Positions 1-8,279 of a DNA stretch of 11,892 bases are shown piece after piece (within the stretch, counting starts at the first letter, position 1; every line of letters starts with the position of its first letter). This DNA comes from Candidatus Altarchaeum sp. Its GTDB lineage: Archaea > Altiarchaeota > Altiarchaeia > Altiarchaeales > Altiarchaeaceae. Both the position numbers and the translations under genes were made by a program. The stretch is taken from positions 1-11,892 of the forward strand of contig JAGWDQ010000129.1 of NCBI GenBank assembly GCA_018260615.1. Direction: 5' to 3'. The notes under the pieces were generated by a model. That model was not told where the DNA came from. It saw nothing but the letters and a program-made list of their open reading frames with translations, and did no database searches.

Positions 1-114
1 CCTTTTGCTTTTTAAATTTTTACGCTTTAATTCAATCTTTCTCATAAGATTTGTTTCAAAAATTTCCTCTTTACAAGGTTTATTTCCGTTGTTTGCTTTT
101 GTTTCTACATCCAT
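1..114 (-). CDS. 5' end of a hypothetical protein running off the left edge (MDVETKANNGNKPCKEEIFETNLMRKIELKRKNLKSKR...)
   Basis: Hand translation: ATG at 114-112 and 38 open codons to position 1, preceded by an AT-rich intergenic tract (115-240). Too short to assign a family. Confidence 0.4.
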   Translation of the reverse strand, partial: MDVETKANNGNKPCKEEIFETNLMRKIELKRKNLKSKR

Positions 115-258
115 TCTTTATTTATAACTTTATTTAGTTAAATATGAATATAAATTATGATTAATTCAAATTATTTTATAAAATTTAAATTTATCTATTT
201 AAAATTTTATTCTAATTTTCAAAGTTTGCCTTTGAAAATCTGCGAAGAAAACGAGATG

Positions 259-750
259 ATTTTTAAATTGTAGGAATTTGAAAATACACGATTTTCAAAA
301 CGCATTTTCAAAACGCGAAGTTTTGAAAATCTCCGAGCAGGAGCGAGGTGAAAGTTTTGAAAAGACACGAACGAAGTGAGTGGAACGAAGTGAGCGTAAG
401 TGATGTGATTTTAAATTTCTCACAGAAATTTTAAATCTCCGAGCAATTTTAAAAATCAACAGATTTTTGAAATCTCCGAACGATTTTAAATACGAAGAGA
501 ATTTAAAATACACGATTTTCAAAACCGCAGAGGTTTTGAAAAGACACGAACGAAGTGAGTGGAACGAAGTGAGCGTAAGTTAGGTAACAGCGAGGTGATT
601 TCAAAATCGCAAAGATTTTGAAAGATTAAAAATCCCAAAGATTTTCAGTATTTAAAAACCTCGCAGGTTTTTAAAGATTGAAAACTCGTAGTTTTCAGTA
701 TTTAAAAATCAACAGATTTTTAAAGATTGAAACCGAAGGTTTCAGTATTT
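259..750. repeat. REP/BIME-like mosaic cluster of about 12 short palindromic hairpins with conserved linkers
   Basis: Stems read directly: 259-285, 304-330 (attttcaaaac-gcgaa-gttttgaaaat, 11 bp perfect), 407-437, 446-473, 483-509, 516-542 (11 bp), 599-623 (10 bp), 629-645, 651-675 (10 bp), 679-697, 701-724 (10 bp), 728-744. Recurrent linkers are ctccga(g/a)c x3, acacga x4, aaagatt x3 and cagtattt x3. Confidence 0.85.
354..580 (+). repeat. Identical 48-nt direct repeat within the hairpin cluster (354-401 and 533-580)
   Basis: gttttgaaaagacacgaacgaagtgagtggaacgaagtgagcgtaagt occurs twice, 179 nt apart, and contains an internal tandem of aacgaagtgag. Confidence 0.9.
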
Positions 751-751
751 T

Positions 752-1741
752 TCAAATTTGCAAATCCATCGTTAAAAAATAAAGTGCCTTTACCGCACTC
801 AAATCTTCATATTTCAGCGAAGCATTCAGGTCATCATAAAGAAATTTTCCCGCACCAATAATAAGCCGGTTTTTTATTCTATATTTCTTTTCTAATCGTT
901 CAACTGCCCTGTTTATTGTTTTAATTTGTTCGTCCCTGAAATATTTTGCAATTTGTGTAACATCCGCTTTTGAAATTTTACTTTTCCTTTCAGATGTCTC
1001 ATAAATTTCACCCTCGCTCACATCACAGCAAACAGTTCTCGCAATTCTTCTCATACATTCAATTATACTTTTTCCTTTTCCGTCCGCTGTTTCAGTTGTC
1101 CATTCATTTTCAGAAATTTCTCCCAACACCCTGTAAACATCACCGGTATTCGCGAAATACTCGGCAGAAATTTTTAAATTTTTGCCTTTAAATTTTACTT
1201 TATTACTTATACTTATTAAATTTGTCCTCAATACACCGGTATAAATCAGTTCCCCGTTTTTTAACCGTTCAAAATCAGTTGTGTGGGCTAAAATTTTTCC
1301 GTCTTTTATCGGAATTATATCCGCGGTTGTTGAGCCAATATCAATAATGAGCGCATTTTTTTCAAATTTTGAAATATATCTTGCGGTTGCCACAAAATTT
1401 GCGGATGCAACGCTGTATGGAAATTTCATTGCGTCATCAAGGTCAAGTAATTTAAAATTTGTGTCGTTTGAAAGCACAAAAATCCTGTTAGAATGCAAAA
1501 TTTCCTTCAATCCGTTCAATATAAAGGTTACCCCCTCTCTTCTGTCTTTAAAGCAATCACAAAGTTCTGCTGTCATCGTAATTGCATACATATCTGCATT
1601 AAGGTCTGTTTTCTCTGTCAATTGCCATAAGAAAGACATAAATTTGTTCTTTTTTTTCCACAGCGGGAAATAGTATTGTTTGTATTCATTACCATCAAAA
1701 ATTTTTATATTTGCCCCGCCGATATCCATTGCTATTTTCAT
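752..1741 (-). CDS. mfnF: MfnF-like methanofuran biosynthesis enzyme (hydantoinase A/ASKHA-fold family, H4MPT-linked C1 transfer pathway protein)
   Basis: Motifs DIGGANIK, YFPLWK, TMTAELCDCF, DIGSTTADIIPI, ELIYTGVLRT, SAEYFANTGDV and TADGKGK...RIARTVCCD match the MJ0840/MfnF family as I recall it; 329 aa is the expected size. Confidence 0.85.
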   Translation of the reverse strand: MKIAMDIGGANIKIFDGNEYKQYYFPLWKKKNKFMSFLWQLTEKTDLNADMYAITMTAELCDCFKDRREGVTFILNGLKEILHSNRIFVLSNDTNFKLLDLDDAMKFPYSVASANFVATARYISKFEKNALIIDIGSTTADIIPIKDGKILAHTTDFERLKNGELIYTGVLRTNLISISNKVKFKGKNLKISAEYFANTGDVYRVLGEISENEWTTETADGKGKSIIECMRRIARTVCCDVSEGEIYETSERKSKISKADVTQIAKYFRDEQIKTINRAVERLEKKYRIKNRLIIGAGKFLYDDLNASLKYEDLSAVKALYFLTMDLQI

Positions 1742-1776
1742 ACTATTTAGTGCGATTTAAGAAAATACTATTTTAA

Positions 1777-1851
1777 TAGCGAGGGTTGGATTTGAACCAA
1801 CGGACTCTGGGTTATGGGCCCAGCGAGAACTCCAAGCTCCTCTACCTCGCT
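1777..1851 (-). tRNA. tRNA-iMet: Initiator tRNA-Met (CAT), intron-less, CCA not encoded
   Basis: Reverse complement folds as AGCGAGG TA GAGG AGCTTGGAGT TCTC G CTGGG CCCATAA CCCAG AGTCC GTTGG TTCAAAT CCAAC CCTCGCT A. It has the A1-U72 pair and three consecutive G-C pairs at the end of the anticodon stem, both hallmarks of archaeal initiator tRNA. Confidence 0.95.
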
Positions 1852-1924
1852 AAATTTTTCTGTTATAAATTAGACCTCTTTTAAATTATCTTAAGAAATT
1901 TAACATTTACTCAATCAATTACTT

Positions 1925-3685
1925 TTACTCAATTCTATCCGCATAAAATACCATGTCCGCAAAATTTTTATTAAATTTCGCATATCCTGTAATTGTTCGG
2001 ACACTGTTTTGCAGCTCCGTCTTTACTTTTTCTATGACTGCCTGTTCCCCTGATTCTCCGACTAAATTTAAAATTTCCGTTATGTCCATCCCCATTATTT
2101 TTTCCACATTGTCTCCGAAAAGCATTACCTTTATTTGCCCGTCTCCGTTTATGTCCGCTCCAATAATTCTAAGCATTAATTTTGGTACCTGCTCAACGCT
2201 TGTTCCGCATTTTTCACAATACCATTCATTATTTCCTACATTCATAACCTTTTTATTACATGTCGGGCAGGAAGGATAGGTTAACTGCTGGTTTGAGTCA
2301 ATATCCGCAATTTTTACAACTAATTTTACATTTCTGTCTCCGTCAGAAATTTCTGAAATTTTCTTTTCAACCCCTTCTGATTTTGAAAACGAAATATCCA
2401 GACCGGCAAATTCGTTTTTGTCAGTTAAATTTATATCGTTCTTTTTGCTTATGTGAATTTCACAATTTTCTATACTTCTCCGTATTTTTCCCTTTTTAAT
2501 TTCAACCGCATCGCCTTCGCTGACATTTTCAACAAAATCAGCAGCATCGTTCCAGATGACTATTCTGATGCTTCCCGTGTCATCATTCAGCATGAACGCC
2601 CCTCTTTTTCCGACATTGCCCTGAATGCCTTCAAACTCCTTCACTCCGAAATTTTTTGTAATTATTCCTTTTGTTGTCAGGGTAAAAGTCCTCTTTTCGT
2701 CTTCGCTTAATGCTTCGTATTGAGCGGAAATTTCTCCTATTTTTAAGGACAGAGTATGTATTCTTTTTAATTCGGGTAAATTTAACTTCGCGTTGCTTTT
2801 CTCTATATTGCCTGCCGAATTTGTGCTTATTTCAACATCACCGAGCATTCCTCTCTTTGCCATGCCCCTGACCTTAACAAGACCTCCGAAATTTATACCT
2901 TTGTCTTTTGTGTCTTTCATATCATCCCACACAGTTAGCCGCATTGTTCCTGTTTCATCTTCAATAAAAAACGGGCTTCGGACACCTTTGCTTCCGTCAA
3001 GTCGTTCAAATTCATTACTTTCAATATCACTTATAATCCTTCCGACCACACAGACAGGTATTTTATCATCTTTGACAGTTTCTTTTACTTCTTTTAAGGT
3101 CTGAATGCGTTCGGAAATTTCAGGAATTTTAATTTTTACATCTTTGCTTTCCGGATTTATGTCTATGATAGAAAATGTTGTTAAATTTATTTCAACTCTT
3201 TCAAGCTCGTTGAATGTTGATACCTTTGTATTGCCTTTAATGAGCCGGACTATGTCATTAAATTTAACCCTGTTAGAAATTTCCGAGTGCGCATCCCACA
3301 GCACAACAGGAATTTCTCCGGTTTCATCGGAAATTATTATGCGGGCGACTTTTCCCGCTGTTCCGTCTTTTCTCTGAAAGTCCTTTATTGGAAATACTCT
3401 CTTCACTCTTCCGACAACATTTACGGAAATTTCTCTTTTGGTCAGCACATCTTTGAGCTTTGAAAATGAAATATTATTTTCATCGGTTAGTTCGGATATT
3501 CGTACGCCGAAATCACTCGCAACACCCGACAATGCTCCGTAATCATTAATCAGCCCGCCCATTTCATCTTTCTTTTGAGCAATTAATGATAAAATTTCAT
3601 CTTCGTTTTTTCCGAGTAAATTTGCTAATTTTTTAACGCCTTCCATGATGCTTTCATCCCTTTTATTTTCTTTCTCTTTGTTCAT
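1925..3685 (-). CDS. rpa: Replication protein A (ssDNA-binding): N-terminal helical domain, about four OB folds, C4 zinc finger
   Basis: Repeated OB motifs (VVGRVKRV...ISDETGEIPVVLWD; IEDETGTMRLTVWD; LNDDTGSIRIVIWN) and CPTCNKK...WYCEKC inserted in the last OB fold, as in euryarchaeal RPA large subunits. Confidence 0.92.
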   Translation of the reverse strand: MNKEKENKRDESIMEGVKKLANLLGKNEDEILSLIAQKKDEMGGLINDYGALSGVASDFGVRISELTDENNISFSKLKDVLTKREISVNVVGRVKRVFPIKDFQRKDGTAGKVARIIISDETGEIPVVLWDAHSEISNRVKFNDIVRLIKGNTKVSTFNELERVEINLTTFSIIDINPESKDVKIKIPEISERIQTLKEVKETVKDDKIPVCVVGRIISDIESNEFERLDGSKGVRSPFFIEDETGTMRLTVWDDMKDTKDKGINFGGLVKVRGMAKRGMLGDVEISTNSAGNIEKSNAKLNLPELKRIHTLSLKIGEISAQYEALSEDEKRTFTLTTKGIITKNFGVKEFEGIQGNVGKRGAFMLNDDTGSIRIVIWNDAADFVENVSEGDAVEIKKGKIRRSIENCEIHISKKNDINLTDKNEFAGLDISFSKSEGVEKKISEISDGDRNVKLVVKIADIDSNQQLTYPSCPTCNKKVMNVGNNEWYCEKCGTSVEQVPKLMLRIIGADINGDGQIKVMLFGDNVEKIMGMDITEILNLVGESGEQAVIEKVKTELQNSVRTITGYAKFNKNFADMVFYADRIE

Positions 3686-4054
3686 TTTGGATTAAATATA
3701 TAAAATTTTGAGTTTTATGTTAAATTTAAAGTTGCAGGAACTTTATTTTTTATTCGTCCCATATCCGCCCCAATCGTCCCATTTATGATAGAACATAATA
3801 AATATTCCTTCCTTTTCCTTGTTTTTTGAGTATATCTGTAATATGACCGGTATATTTTTTCCCTATAAACGACACCAATAATAAAACATTTTATATAATA
3901 AATTCTAATGAAAATAGTAGGTATATGTTCTAAATAATGCTGTTGAGTTATGTGCCTGAAAAGCACTTGTTATATTACACTATGAGTTGTTTTTGATTCA
4001 TTATTTCTGGTTATTAAGTTTAAATAAATCTTTGTCTTTCACCAATTTAAAATT

Positions 4055-4305
4055 TTACTTAAAAATTTCATCTGCTCTTTTTATTTTTGTTTTTTCAGGC
4101 ACGCTTGCCATATCAGTATCAATGATAAAATCCACCTTACAGGTACTTTTTAATTTTTTATCCATTTTTTGTGCGGAAGCAGATTCAATTTATCTCATAA
4201 AGCCCTTTTTTGCAGGAATGTTCTTAAAGTCCATTGTTGTTACTCCTGCAATGTTCGCCACATTACTTATGGAAACCTTTCCCCAGGTATAATTCAGCAG
4301 CCAAT
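4055..4305 (-). pseudogene. Decayed UPF0175-family antitoxin fused to a truncated PIN (DUF3368-like) toxin start
   Basis: Hand translation: AAELY (frameshift near 4285) GKVSISNVANIAGVTTMDFKNIPAKKGFMR, stop TAA 4192-4190, then IESASAQKMDKKLKS...DFIIDTDMASV. The first part resembles the UPF0175 HTH pattern (ELYxxGKISLGKAAEIAG), and IIDTD resembles the first beta-strand Asp motif of PIN domains. Confidence 0.6.
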
Positions 4306-4389
4306 ATATTTATTAGTATTTTAATTATTTTTATTAATTATGATTAAAATAAAATCTTAATTTTTTGATGAAATTTTTACTAAAAGTTT

Positions 4390-5445
4390 CTATTTTTCCT
4401 TTAAAATTTCAATCTTTTTATCACTCATTTCTACCAATACCTTGTGCTCTGCAATTACCGTGCCTATTTTCCTGCACTCGTGATTTTTCAAAATTTCCGC
4501 TGCATCTTTTTTATCTGCAATTACACAAAATCCGATTCCCATGTTAAATGTATTGTACATTTCTTCATCGTTTATATTGCCATACTCCTGAATTTTAGCA
4601 AAAATTTTTGTGTGCCGTTCATTCAAATCTGGCAAATTTTCCAGTTTAAATCCGTATTTTGTCAGTCGTAATAAATTTCTGTAACCTCCTCCGGTTATAT
4701 GTGCAAGTCCGTGAACTTTGTATTTATTTATTATTTCCAAAATTTCTCTGACATAAATTTTTGTAGGAGTTAAAATTTCAGGATAAAATTTCTTCGGCAA
4801 AACCTTTCTCGCTAATGTTAGTCCGTTGCTGTGAATTCCGCTGCTGTCAAATCCGATAATGACATCATTGATTTTAATTTTGCTTCCGTCTATGATTTTG
4901 TCTTTTTTAACTATTCCCAGCGCTGTTCCGCTCAAATCAAAACCAGTTTTGTCCTTGTCGTTTATTCCTTTAATTAAATCAGGGACTATTGCGGTTTCGC
5001 CTCCGATTATTGCTACATTTGCCTGTTTTGCACCATCATAAATTCCTTTTGCGATTCCGTTTAAAATTTCCTCATTAACGGACTGCAAAGCAATGTAATC
5101 AACTAATGCAACCGGTTCCGCACCGACGCAGATTAAATCATTAACATTCATCGCAATCATATCTATTCCGACAGTGTCATATTTGTCCAATTCCTGTGCA
5201 ATAAGTACTTTTGTTCCGACTCCATCAGTTTTAAATGCAATTCCGTAATCCCCTAATTCAATGAGGTTTGCATAATTTCCAACATTCATAAGTACTCTTC
5301 CGGTTTTTTTGTCTCTAAATTTAAATGTTGCACTCATTAAATTTATAAAATTTTTCATTACTTCCTGTCGTTTGTCAATATCTACTCCTGCCTGTTTGTA
5401 TGTTGCTGGTTTTGCCGGTTTTATTATAGGTTTTATTGTTTTCAT
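4390..5445 (-). CDS. purM: Phosphoribosylformylglycinamidine cyclo-ligase (AIR synthetase)
   Basis: Motifs [54 protein letters not shown] and TFNMGIG. Confidence 0.97.
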   Translation of the reverse strand: MKTIKPIIKPAKPATYKQAGVDIDKRQEVMKNFINLMSATFKFRDKKTGRVLMNVGNYANLIELGDYGIAFKTDGVGTKVLIAQELDKYDTVGIDMIAMNVNDLICVGAEPVALVDYIALQSVNEEILNGIAKGIYDGAKQANVAIIGGETAIVPDLIKGINDKDKTGFDLSGTALGIVKKDKIIDGSKIKINDVIIGFDSSGIHSNGLTLARKVLPKKFYPEILTPTKIYVREILEIINKYKVHGLAHITGGGYRNLLRLTKYGFKLENLPDLNERHTKIFAKIQEYGNINDEEMYNTFNMGIGFCVIADKKDAAEILKNHECRKIGTVIAEHKVLVEMSDKKIEILKEK

Positions 5446-5701
5446 TTTTCATAATAATTTGTTATTCTAATTTTAAGAAATAAATTTATAATGTTAATTA
5501 GTTATGGACATAAATATATTTAAAATTTTAAAATTTTATTTAAATTTCAACCGGACATGAGTAAATTTTATTTAAAGATAAATTGAAATTTGCAGATGGC
5601 AAAAAAGCATCTTAAAAGATTTGGATTACAAATTAATTAACTAACTAATTAATTAAATCATAAGTGAGTAAATCATTAACTTGACAGCAGTAAAATTACG
5701 A

Positions 5702-5707
5702 GAGGAG
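5702..5707 (+). promoter_or_regulatory. Shine-Dalgarno site of the DUF262 gene
   Basis: GAGGAG lies 5 nt upstream of ATG 5713. Confidence 0.6.
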
Positions 5708-5712
5708 ATAAA

Positions 5713-7407
5713 ATGCAAAAACCCTTTTTTGATACTAAAACTTTGACATTAGGCGAGATATTAGGAAATGGTAAAAAATATTCTGTTCCGAGATTTCAGA
5801 GAAGTTATTCCTGGACAGAAGACAATTGGGAAGAACTTTGGCAAGACATAATATTCCTGCAGGAAGATGAAGAAAAAATACACTATCTCGGTTCAATCGT
5901 ATTACAAACCGAAGACAATAAAAATTTTACTGTAATAGATGGTCAACAACGGTTGGTAACACTCAGCATAGTAATATTATCTGTGCTTTCACATTTAGAT
6001 GAATTAATTAAAAAAAATAATGATCCTGAAAGAAACAAAGAAAGAAAAGAAATATTTCTTAATACTTGTTTGGGCTTTAAAGACCCAAAGTCGCTTACTT
6101 ATTCGTCTAAGTTAAAACTCAATGAAAGTGACAACGATTTCTATCAGTCACATCTTTTGCAGTTAAGAACACCTTTGAACAGGAGTAAATTAAAGGACTC
6201 TAACAAATTACTTTTAGAGGCATTTGGATTCTTTAAAGAAAAAATTAAGGATTTGGGATTAAGTACAGGAGAAGAATTGGTAAGTTTTGTTGATGGTATT
6301 TTATTAAATAAACTGGTATTTATTCAGATTGTTGTGGATGATAATATTTCTGCATATACCGTTTTTGAAACACTGAATGCCAGAGATATTAATCTTACTT
6401 CAACTGATTTGCTTAAAAACTATTTATTCTCTCTGGTTAAAAGTGAAACAGATGTAGAAAATATTAATACCATCTGGAATCAGATAATATCAACAATAGG
6501 ATATCATAATTTTCCAACATTTTTAAGATATTATCTTAACTCACAACAAAAATTTGTCAGATCCAAAAGAATATTCAAAGAAATAAAAATTAAAATTTCC
6601 GATGAAAGAAATGTTTTTGACCTCATATATAATTTAGAAACCTATACTGATTTGTATGTTGCATTATCCGAACCGGATAACAAGTTATGGGCATCAGACA
6701 AAGAAGTGTCTTTCATATTGGAAGAACTTAAATTATTTTGTGCAAAACAACACAAGTCACTGTTAATGGCATGCTATTTTAAGATGAGTTCAGATGAATT
6801 TTTAAAGGTCCTGAGAATAATCCGGGCAATTGTTTTTAAGTATAATATAATTGGAAATTTAAATCCGAACAGATTAGAGGAAACATATAATAAAGCAGCC
6901 ATAAAGGTTCATAAAGGAGAAATTTCAACGGCTAAAGAAATCTTACGGGAACTTCGCAATGTTTACCTTGATGATGAGATATTTAAAAATTATTTCATGA
7001 CAAGAAGTTTTGATACAAAGAACAGCAGGGAAAGAAGATTAGTAAGGTATATTCTCATTTCCATTGAAAATCAGAAATTTAACAAGAATTATTATGTTTT
7101 TGATACCGAAGCTACAATAGAACACATATACCCCGAGAATCCGACACCCGAATGGCAAATTGATGTGGCACAACATGAAAAGTTCGTTTATCAGATTGGC
7201 AATCTTACTTTGCTGGAATCAAAACTGAACAACAGAGAAGCATCTAATAGAAAATTTAGTGAAAAAATATCAATCTACAAGAAATCACAATACAAAATAA
7301 CACAGGAAGTTGCAGAGTCATTCTCCGGGTGGGGAAAACAGCAGATAAAAAGCAGACAAAGAGGTTTGGCAGATTTAGCGACTTCAATATGGCGGGTTGA
7401 CTATTGA
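5713..7407 (+). CDS. GmrSD-like modification-dependent restriction endonuclease (DUF262 + DUF1524/HNH)
   Basis: DUF262 motifs VPRFQRSYSW, IDGQQRL and FETLN, plus C-terminal HNH-type TIEHIYP...IGNLTLLESKLN. Confidence 0.9.
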   Translation: MQKPFFDTKTLTLGEILGNGKKYSVPRFQRSYSWTEDNWEELWQDIIFLQEDEEKIHYLGSIVLQTEDNKNFTVIDGQQRLVTLSIVILSVLSHLDELIKKNNDPERNKERKEIFLNTCLGFKDPKSLTYSSKLKLNESDNDFYQSHLLQLRTPLNRSKLKDSNKLLLEAFGFFKEKIKDLGLSTGEELVSFVDGILLNKLVFIQIVVDDNISAYTVFETLNARDINLTSTDLLKNYLFSLVKSETDVENINTIWNQIISTIGYHNFPTFLRYYLNSQQKFVRSKRIFKEIKIKISDERNVFDLIYNLETYTDLYVALSEPDNKLWASDKEVSFILEELKLFCAKQHKSLLMACYFKMSSDEFLKVLRIIRAIVFKYNIIGNLNPNRLEETYNKAAIKVHKGEISTAKEILRELRNVYLDDEIFKNYFMTRSFDTKNSRERRLVRYILISIENQKFNKNYYVFDTEATIEHIYPENPTPEWQIDVAQHEKFVYQIGNLTLLESKLNNREASNRKFSEKISIYKKSQYKITQEVAESFSGWGKQQIKSRQRGLADLATSIWRVDY

Positions 7408-7435
7408 TAAGTAATAAGAGTCAAAAATAAATACG

Positions 7436-7810
7436 ATGGATTTAAGATGCCCGATATGCGGAAGCAGCAGAATAAATTATTATAGTGGAGCAATAGCAAA
7501 ATATAGAAGCACGGATGCACGATATGTATGTGAGGACTGCGGATATGTCGGGGGCTTGATTTTAGATATAAGTGCAGATGAATCCAAAGATAAAAATCCT
7601 GTGGAAGAAGATTTAGAAAAACCAGAAACAAAAAAGAAAATTAACGAATCGGACGATAAAAAAGAGGGAAGATTTTTAACATATTTCCGTTCTTTATTAT
7701 TCTTTTTGGTAGTAACAAGCTTATTCATAGCAATAATATGGTTCATTATAATTATTTTGTCATTATTTGGATTTACAATAAATTTACTAACATTTCACAC
7801 TATTGATTGA
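7436..7810 (+). CDS. Zinc-ribbon module copy 1 with charged linker and C-terminal membrane anchor
   Basis: MDLRCPICGSSRINYY...YVCEDCGYVGGLILDIS, followed by a long hydrophobic C-terminal stretch (1-2 TM). It starts 28 nt after the DUF262 stop. Confidence 0.85.
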   Translation: MDLRCPICGSSRINYYSGAIAKYRSTDARYVCEDCGYVGGLILDISADESKDKNPVEEDLEKPETKKKINESDDKKEGRFLTYFRSLLFFLVVTSLFIAIIWFIIIILSLFGFTINLLTFHTID

Positions 7811-7844
7811 ATTATCAAAAAATTTTTAAGTGTGCTTTCACTTC

Positions 7845-8055
7845 ATCTTTTTAATCCTTTTTGGATTTTTGTAGGTATTTTTATAAAATTTTACAAATTT
7901 CATTCTTTTTAAATTTCTATTTTTTAAATTTTATATTGAGTTTAGCAATATAATTTTATGAATTTTGAAAAATCAAAAAATCATAATGCAACAATGGATT
8001 TGAGATGTCCTATATGTAAAAGTAGCAGAATAAATTATTACGGAACATCAACAAC
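7845..8055 (+). repeat. Direct repeat A (211 bp, identical to 11682-11892)
   Basis: Base-by-base comparison shows identity at an offset of 3837 nt. The match breaks at 7844 (c) versus 11681 (t). Confidence 0.93.
7930..7936 (+). promoter_or_regulatory. Candidate TATA box for a leaderless zinc-ribbon transcript starting at ATG 7958
   Basis: TTTATAT ends about 22 nt before an in-frame ATG (7958). The region is very AT-rich, so this could be chance. Confidence 0.3.
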
Positions 8056-8232
8056 TATGGGCGGAGGTATAAAGGTACCGATGCAAAATATGTATGTGAG
8101 GACTGCAAATATGTCGGAGCATTGATTCTGGATATAAGTGATGACATTGATGAAAAAGCCAGACAGGAAGTAGAAAAGGACCTGGAAAAAATTAAGAAAG
8201 AGATGGGCGAAGAAGATAAAAGAATGCAATAA
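7958..8232 (+). pseudogene. Zinc-ribbon module copy 2 (short soluble form), frameshifted
   Basis: ATG 7958 or 7994 gives MDLRCPICKSSRINYYGTSTTMGG, then runs out of frame to TGA 8123-8125. The -1 frame from 8065 continues RYKGTDAKYVCEDCKYVGALILDISDD...EEDKRMQ to TAA 8230-8232. This is consistent with a 1-nt loss near ggcggaggtat (8060-8070). Missed by the ORF track. Confidence 0.85.
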
Positions 8233-8233
8233 A

Positions 8234-8275
8234 AAATTTGTAAAGAAAAATTTTGGCGTAGATATTTACAAATTT
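8234..8275. other. 11-bp perfect inverted repeat just after the copy 2 stop (possible terminator or binding site)
   Basis: aaatttgtaaa (8234-8244) and tttacaaattt (8265-8275), 20-nt spacer. Confidence 0.35.
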
Positions 8276-8279
8276 ATAG

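Noticed and set aside
295-522. 75-aa minus-strand ORF
   Set aside because: Lies wholly inside the palindromic repeat cluster, which tends to generate spurious open frames.
342-596. agcgaggt 8-mers matching the tRNA 5' end, as a possible att site
   Set aside because: Only 8 nt, in opposite orientation, and at the 5' rather than 3' end of the tRNA. No integrase is present.
259-750. Possible CRISPR array
   Set aside because: No constant-length repeat with unique spacers. The units are heterogeneous hairpins, the 48-mer occurs only twice, and no cas genes are present.
3715-3966. 83-aa minus-strand ORF
   Set aside because: Atypical composition (rich in Y, I and R), no motif, and located in a decayed region. 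Probably not a real gene.
970-5041. Shadow ORFs (970, 1281, 1953, 2260, 2453, 2793, 3105, 3987, 4365, 4444, 4859 on +)
   Set aside because: Antisense to mfnF, rpa, purM or the TA relic, with no recognisable motifs.
5596-5654. Mini-ORF MAKKHLKRFGLQIN and a 9-bp inverted repeat (5631-5654) upstream of DUF262
   Set aside because: Too short, and such A/T-only palindromes are expected by chance at this composition.
8060-8070. Programmed -1 ribosomal frameshift in copy 2
   Set aside because: No slippery heptamer or obvious downstream stimulator; a simple 1-nt deletion is more parsimonious.
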